A program made the position numbers and the translations under genes. From contig NC_068986.1 in NCBI RefSeq assembly GCF_001194135.2, positions 71,877,057-71,935,396 of the forward strand: DNA of 58,340 bases, given 5' to 3'. Below are positions 14,440 through 25,039 of the stretch, one piece after another. Origin of the DNA: Octopus bimaculoides (taxonomy: Eukaryota). The notes under the pieces were generated by a model, which saw only the letters and a list, made by a program, of their open reading frames with translations, did not search any database and had not been told where the DNA came from. The first letter of the stretch is position 1. Each line of letters begins with the position of its first letter.

Positions 14440-14560
14440 AAACAAGGTGTATTAGTTTGACCCTCAAGAAAAATGGAAGTCTTTGACGTTTCGAGCCTAC
14501 GCTCTTCTAAAGAAAAGAATGAGGACAGAAAACAAAAACGTAGAGAAAAAAAACGTGTCT
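14440..14560 (-). mobile_element. Short repeat with hammerhead-ribozyme-like motif (PLE pseudo-LTR/retrozyme-like)
   Basis: Minus strand TAGAAGAGCGTAGGCTCGAAACGTCAAAGAC...GTCAAACTAATACA. A homologous segment lies at 55620-55690 (+). Confidence 0.55.
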
Positions 14561-14742
14561 AGAGTAAGTGCTGCACATATTTAATTGACCGGAAGGAAGG
14601 AAGTGGTTAGAGACATGAGCGGTAAGGGAGGCAACAGTGACCTGGCTAAGGTGTGTGCGCACGCATGTGTATGTGAGGATAAGGTGTGTGCATGTGCGTG
14701 TGTGAATGAGTGCGTGTGTGTGTGTGTGTGTGCGTGTGTGCA

Positions 14743-14782
<40 letters not shown>

Positions 14783-15059
14783 TGTGTGTGTAAGATATAT
14801 TAAATACAGTCATAAAACATATGGATATAAAAGATAGAGAAGAATATTTAAAATCAGAAACAAAATGTGTCATGGGTTCCATTGAAAATTGTATAAAGGA
14901 AACATACAGAAGTATAATGTAATAAAAAATTGTTTAGAAGAATAATACCCTAATCACCCTGAAGAGAGCGATTAGAGAGGAATTTCTAAATATTGGTAAG
15001 AAAGTAACAATAGAAGACACTCGGCTAGACGGTTTAGCCAAATATGAAATTTACAAGAA

Positions 15060-15960
15060 ATGCTCGGGAAAGGCATTATGACCGATATACTAGTGGCAAG
15101 ATTGGCCCTCGATCATTTCTCTCATGTAATCACAGACTATTTTGTCAGATCTAAGGCACGTGTTTTAAGACACGAAGCAACGAAAGCCGTTTGATAGACC
15201 TCACTGGTTGAGGCACAACATGATCTTTGGTGGATCATGATGAGCGTGTGCTACGCGATTCTGAGCAGATATTGCGGTCAGAGACTCTTATCTCGACTAC
15301 TTAAGATGAATGGCTGGCCGCTGGATCGCAGGATGGACTTCAATGCTATCACGATGGCCTTCCGCAACTCTCGTCAGCGGCAGTGGAGTCCCGCGAAAGC
15401 CAATAACATCCACTGCAATATAGGAAGTGACAATTAACTGCACGATAGTATAATCGCCTGGTTTGGAGAGTCTGACCTACGCGCTTTATATTCATTTGCC
15501 AATCTTGTTCGGTGAGCTGTTGGCCGATATCTGCAACTGTGGAGCTATATCGGCCAATTGTGGCGCGTTGAGTGAATTCGGAAGTTAACTGAGTCCATTG
15601 TGAACATCATCTCATCGCTTTCATATGACCTAAAGGGTAGGCAGTTGTTATCTGTCTGGTGACGATAGTAAAAGAGGTTGTATGGTAGACAAAATTAAAA
15701 GAGGTAAAGACAGACACTTTTTCTCTTATCTAAGCCCTCATCAATGTTTTCATGTCTCATATGAAAAGCGACGGTGAACAGAGTGGTTCTCTCGTCCAAC
15801 AAATTCGTTCGAAGATGGCTGTAAGTGGCGAGCATGGTCAAAATGAGTCTCTGGTTTGAGCATGCACTTTTTGAGTCGGAGGAGGGTTACTTCAAGAAGG
15901 TGATTGCCTCAATGGTCAGGGTAACCGTGCTTTGAAGAGTTTTACAGGTTTAACTTCGAA
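15060..15960 (+). mobile_element. Tx1/L1-clade LINE, degraded 3' (post-RT) region
   Basis: GC-richer, frameshifted translation includes LWSYIGQL..IRKLTESIVNII, AVVICLVTIVKEVVW*TKLKEVKTD and VLSSNKFVRRWL*VASMVK, which resemble Tx1-type ORF2 C-termini. Confidence 0.6.
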
Positions 15961-16127
15961 AGTACTACTTTATTGGGGAATTTTCCTTCTTAAAAAATTA
16001 TTATTACCATGTTTGTTATTGTTTATTATTTGTTTATATAGAAACTTTAACCTTGGAATGTCCTTGATTTTGTATGAGCCCTGAAGGCTAATAAAGAAAA
16101 TTATTATTATTATCATTATTATTATTA

Positions 16128-16169
<42 letters not shown>

Positions 16170-16174
<5 letters not shown>

Positions 16175-16966
16175 TAGTCTTATTTTTATCACGTGATTTC
16201 ACTACAATACCGAGCGCAGCTCTATGTGCCTTGAGTATGTGCTGTGGTTTGTTGTGGTGCGCTTATTTTCACTGTATTGAAAGTGTTTTACATTGGATGT
16301 GTGCGGTGCCTAGCAGTGCTATTTACTGTATGTTATATATACTTGTATGTCCTGGTGTTTTTGTTATTTATTCGTCTGAATTTTTTTATCATACCTAATG
16401 CACCTACTATAATAGGAATTGTTTTGTTCTTAAGCACCACATTCGAGTTATCTCTATTTCCAGATCTTTGTATTCTGAAAGTTTCTCCGTTTCTTTTAGA
16501 GAAACATTGTCATCTGTTGGTATTGATACATCGATTAGAAAGCATTTTTTTCTTGGTGATCTCTGACTACAATATCCGGCCTATTGGCCTTAATTTCTTT
16601 ATTTGTGTGTATTGGCATATCCCATAGTATGGTTGCTTTCTTGCTTTCTGTGACCTTTTCTGGCGAGTGTTTATACCATCTTTTTTCTATTGTTATTCTA
16701 TAGTGTTGGCATAGCTTCCAGTGTATATATAAGTCCCGACTTTGTCTTGTCTGTAAATATATTCCTTCTTAGCCAGGACTGGGCAGCCAGAAACAATATG
16801 ATTTATTGTTTCTTCCCCATCACCACATATTCTGCAGTTACTTGTATTTCTTCTCATTACGTGTTTTTTGTGATTTCTGGTGGTAAGGCTTTGATCTTTT
16901 GCTGCAATTAAAAATCCTTCAGTCTCTGCTTTGAGTCCTGAACTTCTCAGCTATTGTTGGGATTTT
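16170..16966 (-). mobile_element. R4/Dong-type REL retrotransposon (lineage A), 5'-truncated, inside a (TAA)n array
   Basis: LRSSGLKAETEGFLIAA-DQSL, CRICGDGEETINHIVSGC (CCHC knuckle), ILWDMPIHT..IKANRPDI and FLIDVSIP, plus a 3' UTR. TAA repeats on both sides. Homologous to 25036-26045 and 30208-30857. Confidence 0.9.
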
Positions 16967-17039
16967 GCATTATTATTATCATTATTAATATTATTGTTGT
17001 TGTTGCTGTTGTTGCTGTTGCTGCTGCTGTTATTATTAT

Positions 17040-17175
17040 TAAATTCCATCGAGTTCGACTATGACTTTCACCCATTCAGGGTCGATGAAATAGGTACCAA
17101 TTATTCACTGGGGTCGAGATAATCGACTAGCACCCTCCCCAAAATTTTCAGGCCTTATGCCTATGGTAGAAAATA
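17040..17175 (+). mobile_element. SINE family A, 3' half
   Basis: Family body gggtcgatgaaataggtacc...cactggggtcga...aaaattttcaggccttatgcctatggtagaaa. Confidence 0.8.
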
Positions 17176-17215
17176 TTATCATCAACATCATTATTATTAT
17201 TATTATTATTATTAC

Positions 17216-17299
<84 letters not shown>

Positions 17300-17310
17300 C
17301 ATCATCATCA

Positions 17311-17360
<50 letters not shown>
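17176..17360. repeat. Long (ATT)n/(ATC)n microsatellite
   Basis: Direct reading. Confidence 0.97.
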
Positions 17361-17937
17361 GAGTGAGAGNNNNNNNNNNNNNNNNNNNNNNNNNNNNNNN
17401 NNNNNNNNNNNNNNNNNNNNNNNNNNNNNNNNNNNNNNNNNNNNNNNNNNNNNNNNNNNNNNNNNNNNNNNNNNNNNNNNNNNNNNNNNNNNNNNNNNNN
17501 NNNNNNNNNNNNNNNNNNNNNNNNNNNNNNNNNNNNNNNNNNNNNNNNNNNNNNNNNNNNNNNNNNNNNNNNNNNNNNNNNNNNNNNNNNNNNNNNNNNN
17601 NNNNNNNNNNCCCTGAATAAGGTTTTTTTAAGGATGTTGAGCAAAACACCCATGTTTCCAAAGGTGAATTATTCAAACCCCAAAGAACTCCTCTCAACAC
17701 ATAGCTATGATGCTCCCCCACTACTTCTGCTCGTAATCAGAGATGCACATATCGTCAGCCACCAAGGGACATGCTCAACTGGTTAAGGTCAAACAACTGA
17801 CAAGCAAATCTGTGGTATTAAGCAGAATATTTGCTGTAGCCCATCTTTTATACCAAGACAAAACAATGCACATGATAACACTTCCAATCAGTTAAGATCG
17901 GAAGTCATGAGAGCCACTGCCTAATAATGCATCAGGG

Positions 17938-17940
<3 letters not shown>
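17361..17940 (-). mobile_element. Unclassified non-coding interspersed element (~580 bp incl. N gap) inserted in (TAA)n
   Basis: 17611-17930 is clearly homologous to 23890-24180. (TTA)n arrays abut both ends. No recognisable ORF. The orientation and the continuity across the gap are inferred. Confidence 0.65.
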
Positions 17941-18014
<74 letters not shown>

Positions 18015-18015
<1 letters not shown>

Positions 18016-18715
18016 GGCGATGAGGTGTATTGTTAAGGCACGAGAAGAAAGTGCTTCAAGTTATTTTTTCCGAATCTTTATATTCTAAAATCAAATAACG
18101 TCGGGTTCGACTTTGCCTTTCATCCTTTTGAGATCGATAAAATAAAATACCAGTGGGGTGGGTGGGTGATGGTATCAATTAACCTTCACCTTTTAAAATT
18201 ATTGACGTCAGAAACCAATGCTGACGGAGGCCAGCTGGCCGGCTTGTTAGAGCATCAGAAAAATTGCTCTGCTGTATTGCTGTCGGCTCTTTACATTTGG
18301 GTTGAAATCTCACCGGCTTTCGTAATTTCAGCGCCGATAAAATAAAAGTACCGGGGTCACTGGTATTGAATTACACCATCCCAACAAAAATTGTAACCCT
18401 TATGACTAAATTAAAAACCATTCAATGCTGAAAGCTGACAGGATCATTAGAGCATAGGATAAAAGTGCGACTTTCGATGGTATCGACTACTCCCTCGTCC
18501 CTCAAAATTGCTGGCCTCTGCCTACTGCAGAGACCGAAAGGCGGTGAACTGGAAGAATCGTTAGAGGGTCAGAAAAATGTTTGTTCAAATCCCACGGGGA
18601 TGTCTTTGCTTTCATACAATCGGGTCGATAAAATTAAGTACCATTCAAGTACTTGAGTCGATGCTATCATCTAGTCACCTCATAACTGCTGGCTTTGTTC
18701 CTAAATCGAAAACAT
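18015..18715 (+). mobile_element. Tandem train of 3-4 degenerate SINE family A copies
   Basis: Repeated gtcgataaaataaa(g)tacc and aaggcg.tgagc/aactgg motifs at ~18015, ~18225, ~18430 and ~18538. Confidence 0.75.
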
Positions 18716-18729
18716 TACTTTTGGTTTTG

Positions 18730-18870
18730 TTGATGATAATGATGATGGTGATAATGATGACGTGATGATGATGACGACGACGACGATGATGGTGACGATG
18801 ACGATGATGGTGATGATGGGGATGATGGTAATGATGATGACGACGACATCGTTGATAAGGATGATGAAAT
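18730..18870. repeat. (GAT)n/(GAC)n microsatellite
   Basis: Direct reading. Confidence 0.9.
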
Positions 18871-19149
18871 TTGATCATGAGATTTTTAAAATTCGAAGTA
18901 ATAAATATAACAAATTAAATATGACAATTATTAAGGTCTTGTTCTTGACTCAACAATGAAATAGTAATACAAGGAAAGAACACAGAAAACAAATAGAAAA
19001 AAAAGGGAGAGACCTATCGGAAAACGGCTAAAATAAAAAAAATATATATATATATCAGTCAGCCTTTAAAAAAATCAATAAGGAAAATCACAATATCGGA
19101 AACAAAAAAGAGCAATGGTATACAACTAAAAATATTAAAATGATGCTTG

Positions 19150-19275
19150 TGAATTAAATCAACCCCGTATTAAACCAGTACTTTAGTTTTTCGACCCTGA
19201 AAAGATTTGAACTAAGAACATAAAGAGCCAGAACATATAACGCATGGCATTTTGTCCGGCACTAACAATTCTTCC
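19150..19275 (-). mobile_element. Degenerate SINE family A copy
   Basis: accagtacttt..tttcgaccctgaaaag..tttgaactaagaac...gcattttgtccggcactaac is the reverse complement of the family body. Confidence 0.6.
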
Positions 19276-19699
19276 AATAATAAAATATGTGCATTTAAAA
19301 GATGGGCCTGACTATTTAAAATATGATATAATTATAAATCAATAATTCTAAAATTTTAATGATTTTTTATGGCTTATTATATAATAAGATTTTATATAAT
19401 ATATGATGCATAAGTAGAGGTCTTGTATGTCAGTTGCTCTGTTAATGTTTTTTTTTTTTAATGCACACGATATTAGCTGTTCCTTCTCCTTCAACTAATC
19501 CACATTGTATTCCTGATGTTCTAGGTATACTAAAAGACACACACACAGCATGATCAACCAGATTACTATGAAGGAATTACTATGAAGGAATTATGCTAGA
19601 GCTGTGAAATCTTGCATGTATTCATTTCAACCCTGTTTATTTCTAGGTGAACTGATATCTGACTATTCAAAGAAGACTTCAAAAGTAACTCGTAACGAC

Positions 19700-20090
19700 T
19701 TGTTTTGAAAATGGACAGAATTCGGCATCCTAGTGTTATCAAGTGTCAGCAGAAAAACGGTTTAGCCCACAAGGACATTCATACTGACGTGGTTGCTACG
19801 TTAAGGGATGACGCTCCAGCTTTATCACAGTACAAAATTGAGCAGCTGAATTTAGGAGGGGAAGATGATCCAAGGTCTGAGCGTCCTTCAAGTTCCACCA
19901 CCAAGGAAAACATTGATCGTGTTTACCTTGTGATGATGTATGGCAGGCGATCGACCATAAATCAAACAACCAATGCTATTTGCATATCCCGTGAGAGAGT
20001 TGAGAATTTTCTGCACAATGAACTTGGCATGAGGACGGTCTCTGGTCAGTGAGTTCCACGTCTTCCAACACCTGATCAATGATGATGTAT
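19700..20090 (+). mobile_element. Mariner (Tc1/mariner) transposase N-terminal remnant
   Basis: MDRIRH..VIK..QKNGL..KDIH.D.VATL.DDAPALS...EDDPRS.RPSSSTTKENIDRV...RERVENFLHNELGM.TVSGQ*VPRL: mariner HTH region and a mutated WVPRLL motif. DDD domain absent and TIRs not found. Confidence 0.85.
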
Positions 20091-20427
20091 TAACACCTGA
20101 AAATCATGCTTTGTCAAAGGAAACACTTTATAACTGGAGTGTTTGTTGTTTAATTTCTTGTGGAAGAGACAGACTCCTCTACTCAATGCGAGTAGTGCAG
20201 GTGTAGCCACCGTACTTTCATTAAAAGAAAGAAAATAATTTTAAAACAGACAAAAAAGAAAAAAGCACTGAACCGAAAGGTTATTTCAAAGTTCAAGGCA
20301 TGGCTCAATTAAACACCGATTTTTATAGTGCTTCGTAATGATAATGGACCATTAAGAAGACTTAAGGAAATTTAATGTAGAAGTGTGCGAAGAAATGAGA
20401 TTGCATTACTACCACCATCACTATAAT

Positions 20428-20464
<37 letters not shown>

Positions 20465-20487
20465 AATATTTTTATCATTATTATTCC

Positions 20488-21165
20488 TTAATGCGACGAG
20501 ATGGCAGAATCGTTAACACGCCGGACAAAATGCTTAGTGTCATTTCGTCCGTCTTTACGCTCTGAGTTCAAATGCTACCAAGGTCGACTTTGCCTTTCAT
20601 TTTTTCGGGGTCGATAAAATAAGTATGAATTGAGCACTGGGGTTGATGTAATCTACTTCTCCGAAACTGCCCGCCTTGTGTCAAAATTTGAAACCATTAC
20701 TATTATTAAGGCGGTGAACTGGCAAAATGCTTAGCGACATTTCGTCCGTCTTTATGTTCTGAGTTCAAATTCCGATGAGGTTAATTTTGCCTTTCATCCT
20801 TTCGGGGTCGATAAATTAAGTACTAGTGAAACACTGGGGTCGTTGTGATCGAGAAGTCCCCTCTCCCAAAATTTCAGGCCTTGTGCCTTTAGTAGAAAGG
20901 ATTATTGCTGTTGTTGTTGTTGTTGCTGCTGCTGTTGTTTTAAAACGGTGGGCTAGTAGAACCATTAACACGTCGGACCGAATTCATAGCGGCATTTGTC
21001 CCAGCTGTATACGTTCAAAGTTCAAGTCCGACCGAGGTCGACTTCACCTTTTCTATCTTTTTGGGAGTGAGAAAATAAAACCCCATTGAAGCAGTGAATT
21101 CGCTATTATCGACCAAGCTCCTCCCACAAAATTTCAAGTCTTGTGCCTATATTAGAAACAATTAT
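20488..21165 (+). mobile_element. Three tandem SINE family A copies (20488-20700, 20708-20905, 20945-21165)
   Basis: Each has tggc(a)gaatcgttaacacg/GAGTTCAAAT-like boxes and the family body, separated by short (TTA)/(GTT) tracts. Confidence 0.85.
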
Positions 21166-21283
21166 TATTAATATTATTATTTACTTTTAAACAACATGTC
21201 TGTTACAATCACTCGCCGAGACACACCCAGCGACCTAGAACGAGTGAAGGATAAGAGATGTTACAGTACGACTGAAAACTTAG

Positions 21284-21341
21284 GTGCCAGTTAATCACTA
21301 ACGGAATTCTGTCACATATTGCATTGAGTTTGCTAAGATTA
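21284..21341 (-). repeat. PLE-like fragment forming the left arm of a 58-bp inverted repeat
   Basis: Reverse complement matches 23527-23584 at 53/58 positions. Translates NLSKLNAICDRIPLVINWH (cf. PLE RIPLVxxYHP). Confidence 0.8.
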
Positions 21342-22858
21342 CACCCATATTGGGTGGGAAAAAGTCAAGATGAGAGTGGAGGAAATGGATTTTTAGAGAC
21401 ATTTTTGCCCCAGTTTGTTTATAAGCTTTCAAAAAATCATTCACAATTGCAACGTAGTTAGATGATTTTTCATTTGCCCCAAAATCTTTTACAAGAGGAA
21501 CAAATTTTTCCCCAGCAGTTTTCTCCACTGGGCTTAATTTTTCTTGAAAAAGCTCATCACAAATTAGTGTGCGTGTTTCTGGTCCATTATAAACACCAGC
21601 TTTGATCTCAGATTCACTATTGCTAGAAACAAATTTTTTACTGAGATATTTGAATTTTTTACCGTCCTCATTTATGGCCTTAACAAAATTCTTAAACAAG
21701 CCAAGTTTAATGTGTAAGGGAAGAAGGTAAATTTTCTGAAGGTTAACTAAAGGGATATATTTAACGTTGTATCTCCCTGGAGTGAAATCACTTCTCTTTG
21801 ACCACACTTTTTGATCATAGTGATGCTTGTCATCTCTGCTGTTCCAAAGGCACAAAAAGCACTGATGCTTTGCATACCCCATTTGCAAACCAATAACCTT
21901 CAAATATTCGCGTATATTCCACTTGTGCTCAGAAAATTTAATCAAGTGCAAAGTTTTATCCATTAATTCATAACTTTCCTTTAATTCTACAATATGTGTT
22001 AGTGGTATTGACTGTTTTTGATTACCATTATGCAGCAAAACAGCTTTTAGGCTTGCTTTGCTGGAATCTATGAAGAATCTCCATTCTTCAGACTTATGGC
22101 TGTACCCCATCTCACGTAGGAAGTCCTTCAACATCACAACAAAAACAAATACCGTCTTTCTCCGTAAGCAATTCATGCAATTCTGTATGCTGTTTTCGAA
22201 ACTACAAGCATTTTACACCATCGTGTAAAAGATTCCATTGTTTCAACCTGGAGCCCAGTAGTTCTAACTTATTTTTTTTTAACCCAAGTCTCTAAGTAAA
22301 TCATTTAACTCAAGTTAACTTAATAAGTGAGGAACTTTTTTTGAAGATACTGGTTCATCACAGTGATCTGCTGTATCCCTCGGCACACCTTCAATTGAAG
22401 TAGATTCAGTACTTTCTTCACTTAAACTATATTTGTCAAAAGATGAAGGAGGTTCTGGAATTGTAATATTTTCAGCAGCATGAGCAAATGGTTTTAAAGC
22501 TGAAGGGCAATTTGGATAAACAATTTTGGATCTGTTCTTCTTAGAGAAACCTGTGATGTTAGTTAAGCAGAAATAACAATCGGTATAGTGGTTTGTTGGT
22601 TCACGCCATATCATTGCTACTGCAAGTGGCATACTTTTCCGTTTACCATTCAGCCATTGGGTTAGTACTATATAGCAGTTTCTGCAGCAAACAGGAGGGC
22701 GCCCACAGTTTATCTTGATCCCCAACTTTGCACCCAAAGTAAAGTTTGTTAGCATTTTAAAACCTCTTTGTAAGCTTATGTCTCTGATCTTTTGGCGTAA
22801 ATTTTCCACACACGTAACAAAAGCTGTCCGGGTAATCAACACAAACTTTTCTGCTCAT
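21340..22858 (-). pseudogene. Chapaev3 transposase pseudogene
   Basis: ATG at 22858 gives MSRKVCVDYPDSFCYVCG..YFGCKVGDQDKLWAP / CCRNC..W.NGKRKSMP..MIWREPTNHYTDCYFC (Chapa Zn-finger). Core motifs: EWRFFIDSSKASLKAVLLHNGN, LKVI..GYAKHQCFLCLWNSR, LPLHIKLGLFKNFVKA and MSLKIHFLHSHLDFFP. Has stops and frameshifts, and lacks the downstream E-x-GERFHQ motif. Confidence 0.85.
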
Positions 22859-23497
22859 CAAATAGTAATAACCTAAATCAACACTCATGGAAGTCTATCA
22901 GTAAACTAAAATATTAAATTAATCAACTGTAAATGTTACTGCGAAACATCAAAATATATTTCTCAAAAACATCATTGAAATTATTATAGAATGTACTGAA
23001 GCTAAGGCCATCACGAAACAGTTTTTACCATCTCTAAATTTCAAATATTGAGGACTTTAATAAATAACTAAACTTACTACTAAACTACTTTTCATATAAC
23101 CTGGCTCTCTTATTTGATGTACTTTGTTTTAACAGCACTAGCAGTTATCAAGAAAAGGGAGTCAGAGTGGCTTACTATAACTAATATCAATAGCCTACTG
23201 TGAGGAGAACTTTATTATAATTACAGCGATAACAAAGTAAAATAAATTCTCATCTTGTGTGACAATTTAACAGGTAGCCTACATTTCCCTCTATCAGCAC
23301 TTATTTTTGCTTCAGTGAAGAGTATATGAAAGAAAGTTAATATTATCAATTGGCTGGAAAATCTGATGTGAATACTGAAAAACTACACGTGCTGCCTGAA
23401 AACTAATGCCAGATTCAGATTCTGCACCCTAAAATTACCCTAAATCAACCGATAAAGTTTAAATAGCACGACAGAAATTTTTATTTGTTGCCCAGTG
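21340..23497 (-). mobile_element. Chapaev3 (CMC superfamily) DNA transposon, 3'-truncated
   Basis: Terminus CACTGGGCAACAAATAAAAATTTC at 23497, preceded by TAA (TWA-type target). Transposase remnants as in the pseudogene entry. The other terminus is absent. Confidence 0.8.
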
Positions 23498-23499
23498 TT

Positions 23500-23720
23500 A
23501 GGCAAAGAAAGTCAAACCTTCACGCATAATTTTAGCAAACACAATGCAATATGTGACAGAATTCCTTTAGTTGTTAACTGGCACTGAAATTTCGCTGGTA
23601 TTTCGAAAGTGTTGCAAGAAAGTATCCTCGTTTCAAACAGATATTTCCTCAGCCGCCTATTGTAGCATTTAGACGGAACAAAAATATAAGAGATCTATTG
23701 ACCTCTAATTTTGACTCCAA
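23500..23720 (+). mobile_element. PLE fragment (post-RT linker)
   Basis: DRIPLVVNWH*NFAGISKVL and FKQIFPQPPIVAFRRNKNIRDLL are typical PLE linker motifs. Confidence 0.8.
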
Positions 23721-23732
23721 GGAAACTAACTA

Positions 23733-24190
23733 AGCCCAATATACTCGTCATGACTACTCGTCTTATAAGAGTACACCAAGCACATGCATCACAACCATAT
23801 GTTCAGGACATGGTGATCTCATATCAAGATAAACAGCACATGGCCTTGCAGGTGCCGTCCAGGTCGAGTAGCCCATCCCACTCAAAAGATTCCTGAATAA
23901 CGGTTGTTTAAGGATGATGAACGAAACAGCTGTTTCCGGAGGTGAATTGTTCAAATCCCAAACAGTTTCTCTCAATGTTTGGCTATGATTCTCCTCTGAT
24001 ACTCCTGCTCATGGTCAGAGATGTACATATCGTTAGCCACTAAGTGAGATGCTCAATTTGTTAAGGTCAAGCAACTGGCAAGTAAATCTGTGGTATTGAG
24101 TAAAACATTTGCTATTGCTCTTCTTTTATACCAAGATAAAACATTACGTGATAATACCTCCAATCAGAAGCCATGAGAGCCATGGATCAG
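23733..24190 (-). mobile_element. Second copy of the unclassified TAA-associated element
   Basis: Homologous to 17611-17930, with an additional segment (23733-23890) that probably corresponds to the N gap in copy 1. Abuts (ATT)n at 24197. Confidence 0.7.
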
Positions 24191-24198
24191 AACAATTA

Positions 24199-24268
<70 letters not shown>

Positions 24269-24269
<1 letters not shown>

Positions 24270-24690
24270 TTTGCACAATTTCTAACGCTGAATATATACT
24301 ACGGTGTCAGCTGTTCACTACCAGTGAACTAAGGTAACTCTCCTTATTTTTCGAGCACCTTCCGGAGTATTCGAGTGGTTCCAAGCAATGCTGTTTTTTG
24401 CAAGTGCTCCACCCTTATTGCAGCCCCTATTTGTTCCATGTACTTCTCAAGACTTTTACTCACTGTTCCCAGGGTTCCTACAATTATTGGTACTACTATC
24501 ACCTTTTTCATCGACCACAACTGCTTAACCTTCCAAGCTAACCTGTCATGTCTATCGAATTTTCTTTCTTCCTTATCGCATACCTTGTTGTCAGCTGGGC
24601 ATGCTATATTAATGATCCAGCATAGTTTGCTTTTTTTTTCTCAATTAAGACTATGTCTGGCTTCCTATTCTCTTGGACCGTGCGACCATT
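24269..24690 (-). mobile_element. R4/Dong-type REL retrotransposon (lineage B), endonuclease/C-terminal fragment in (TAA)n
   Basis: ENRKPDIVLIEK/SKLCWIINIACPADNKV..KEERK...LWSMKKVIVVPIIVGTLGTVSKSLEKY...LQKTALLGTTRILRKVLEK*. TAA arrays on both sides. Confidence 0.9.
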
Positions 24691-24704
24691 ATTATTATTA
24701 TTAT

Positions 24705-24885
24705 TATTCAGTAGTTTTATTTTTATAACGTGCTTTCACTTCACTACCGAGCGCAGCTCTGTGCGCCTTGGGTATGTGCTGTGGTTTGCTGTGGTGCTCT
24801 TATGTTTACTGTATTGAAAGTGTTTTGCGTAGAATGTGTGCAGTACCCAGTAGTGCAATTTTCTGTTTGTTATATATATTTGTAA
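24705..24885 (-). mobile_element. R4/Dong lineage A 3' UTR, cut by an N gap
   Basis: Matches the 3' ends at 16170 and 30208 (cagtagt..accgagcgcagctctgtgcgccttgggtatgtgctgtgg). Confidence 0.85.
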
Positions 24886-24955
24886 NNNNNNNNNNNNNNN
24901 NNNNNNNNNNNNNNNNNNNNNNNNNNNNNNNNNNNNNNNNNNNNNNNNNNNNNNN

Positions 24956-25035
<80 letters not shown>

Positions 25036-25039
<4 letters not shown>

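Noticed and set aside
17880-17940. HDV-like or hammerhead ribozyme at the inferred 5' end of the unclassified TAA element (CCCTGATGC..GGC-TCTCATG-GCT)
   Set aside because: A P3/L3-like hairpin can be drawn in copy 2, but I found no P1 partner and no CUGANGA/GAAA core. It needs covariance analysis.
21298-22842. The two longest clean ORFs as host genes or Fanzor/TnpB-like nucleases
   Set aside because: Motifs match a Chapaev3 transposase, no RuvC/TnpB motifs are seen, and the gene is disrupted.
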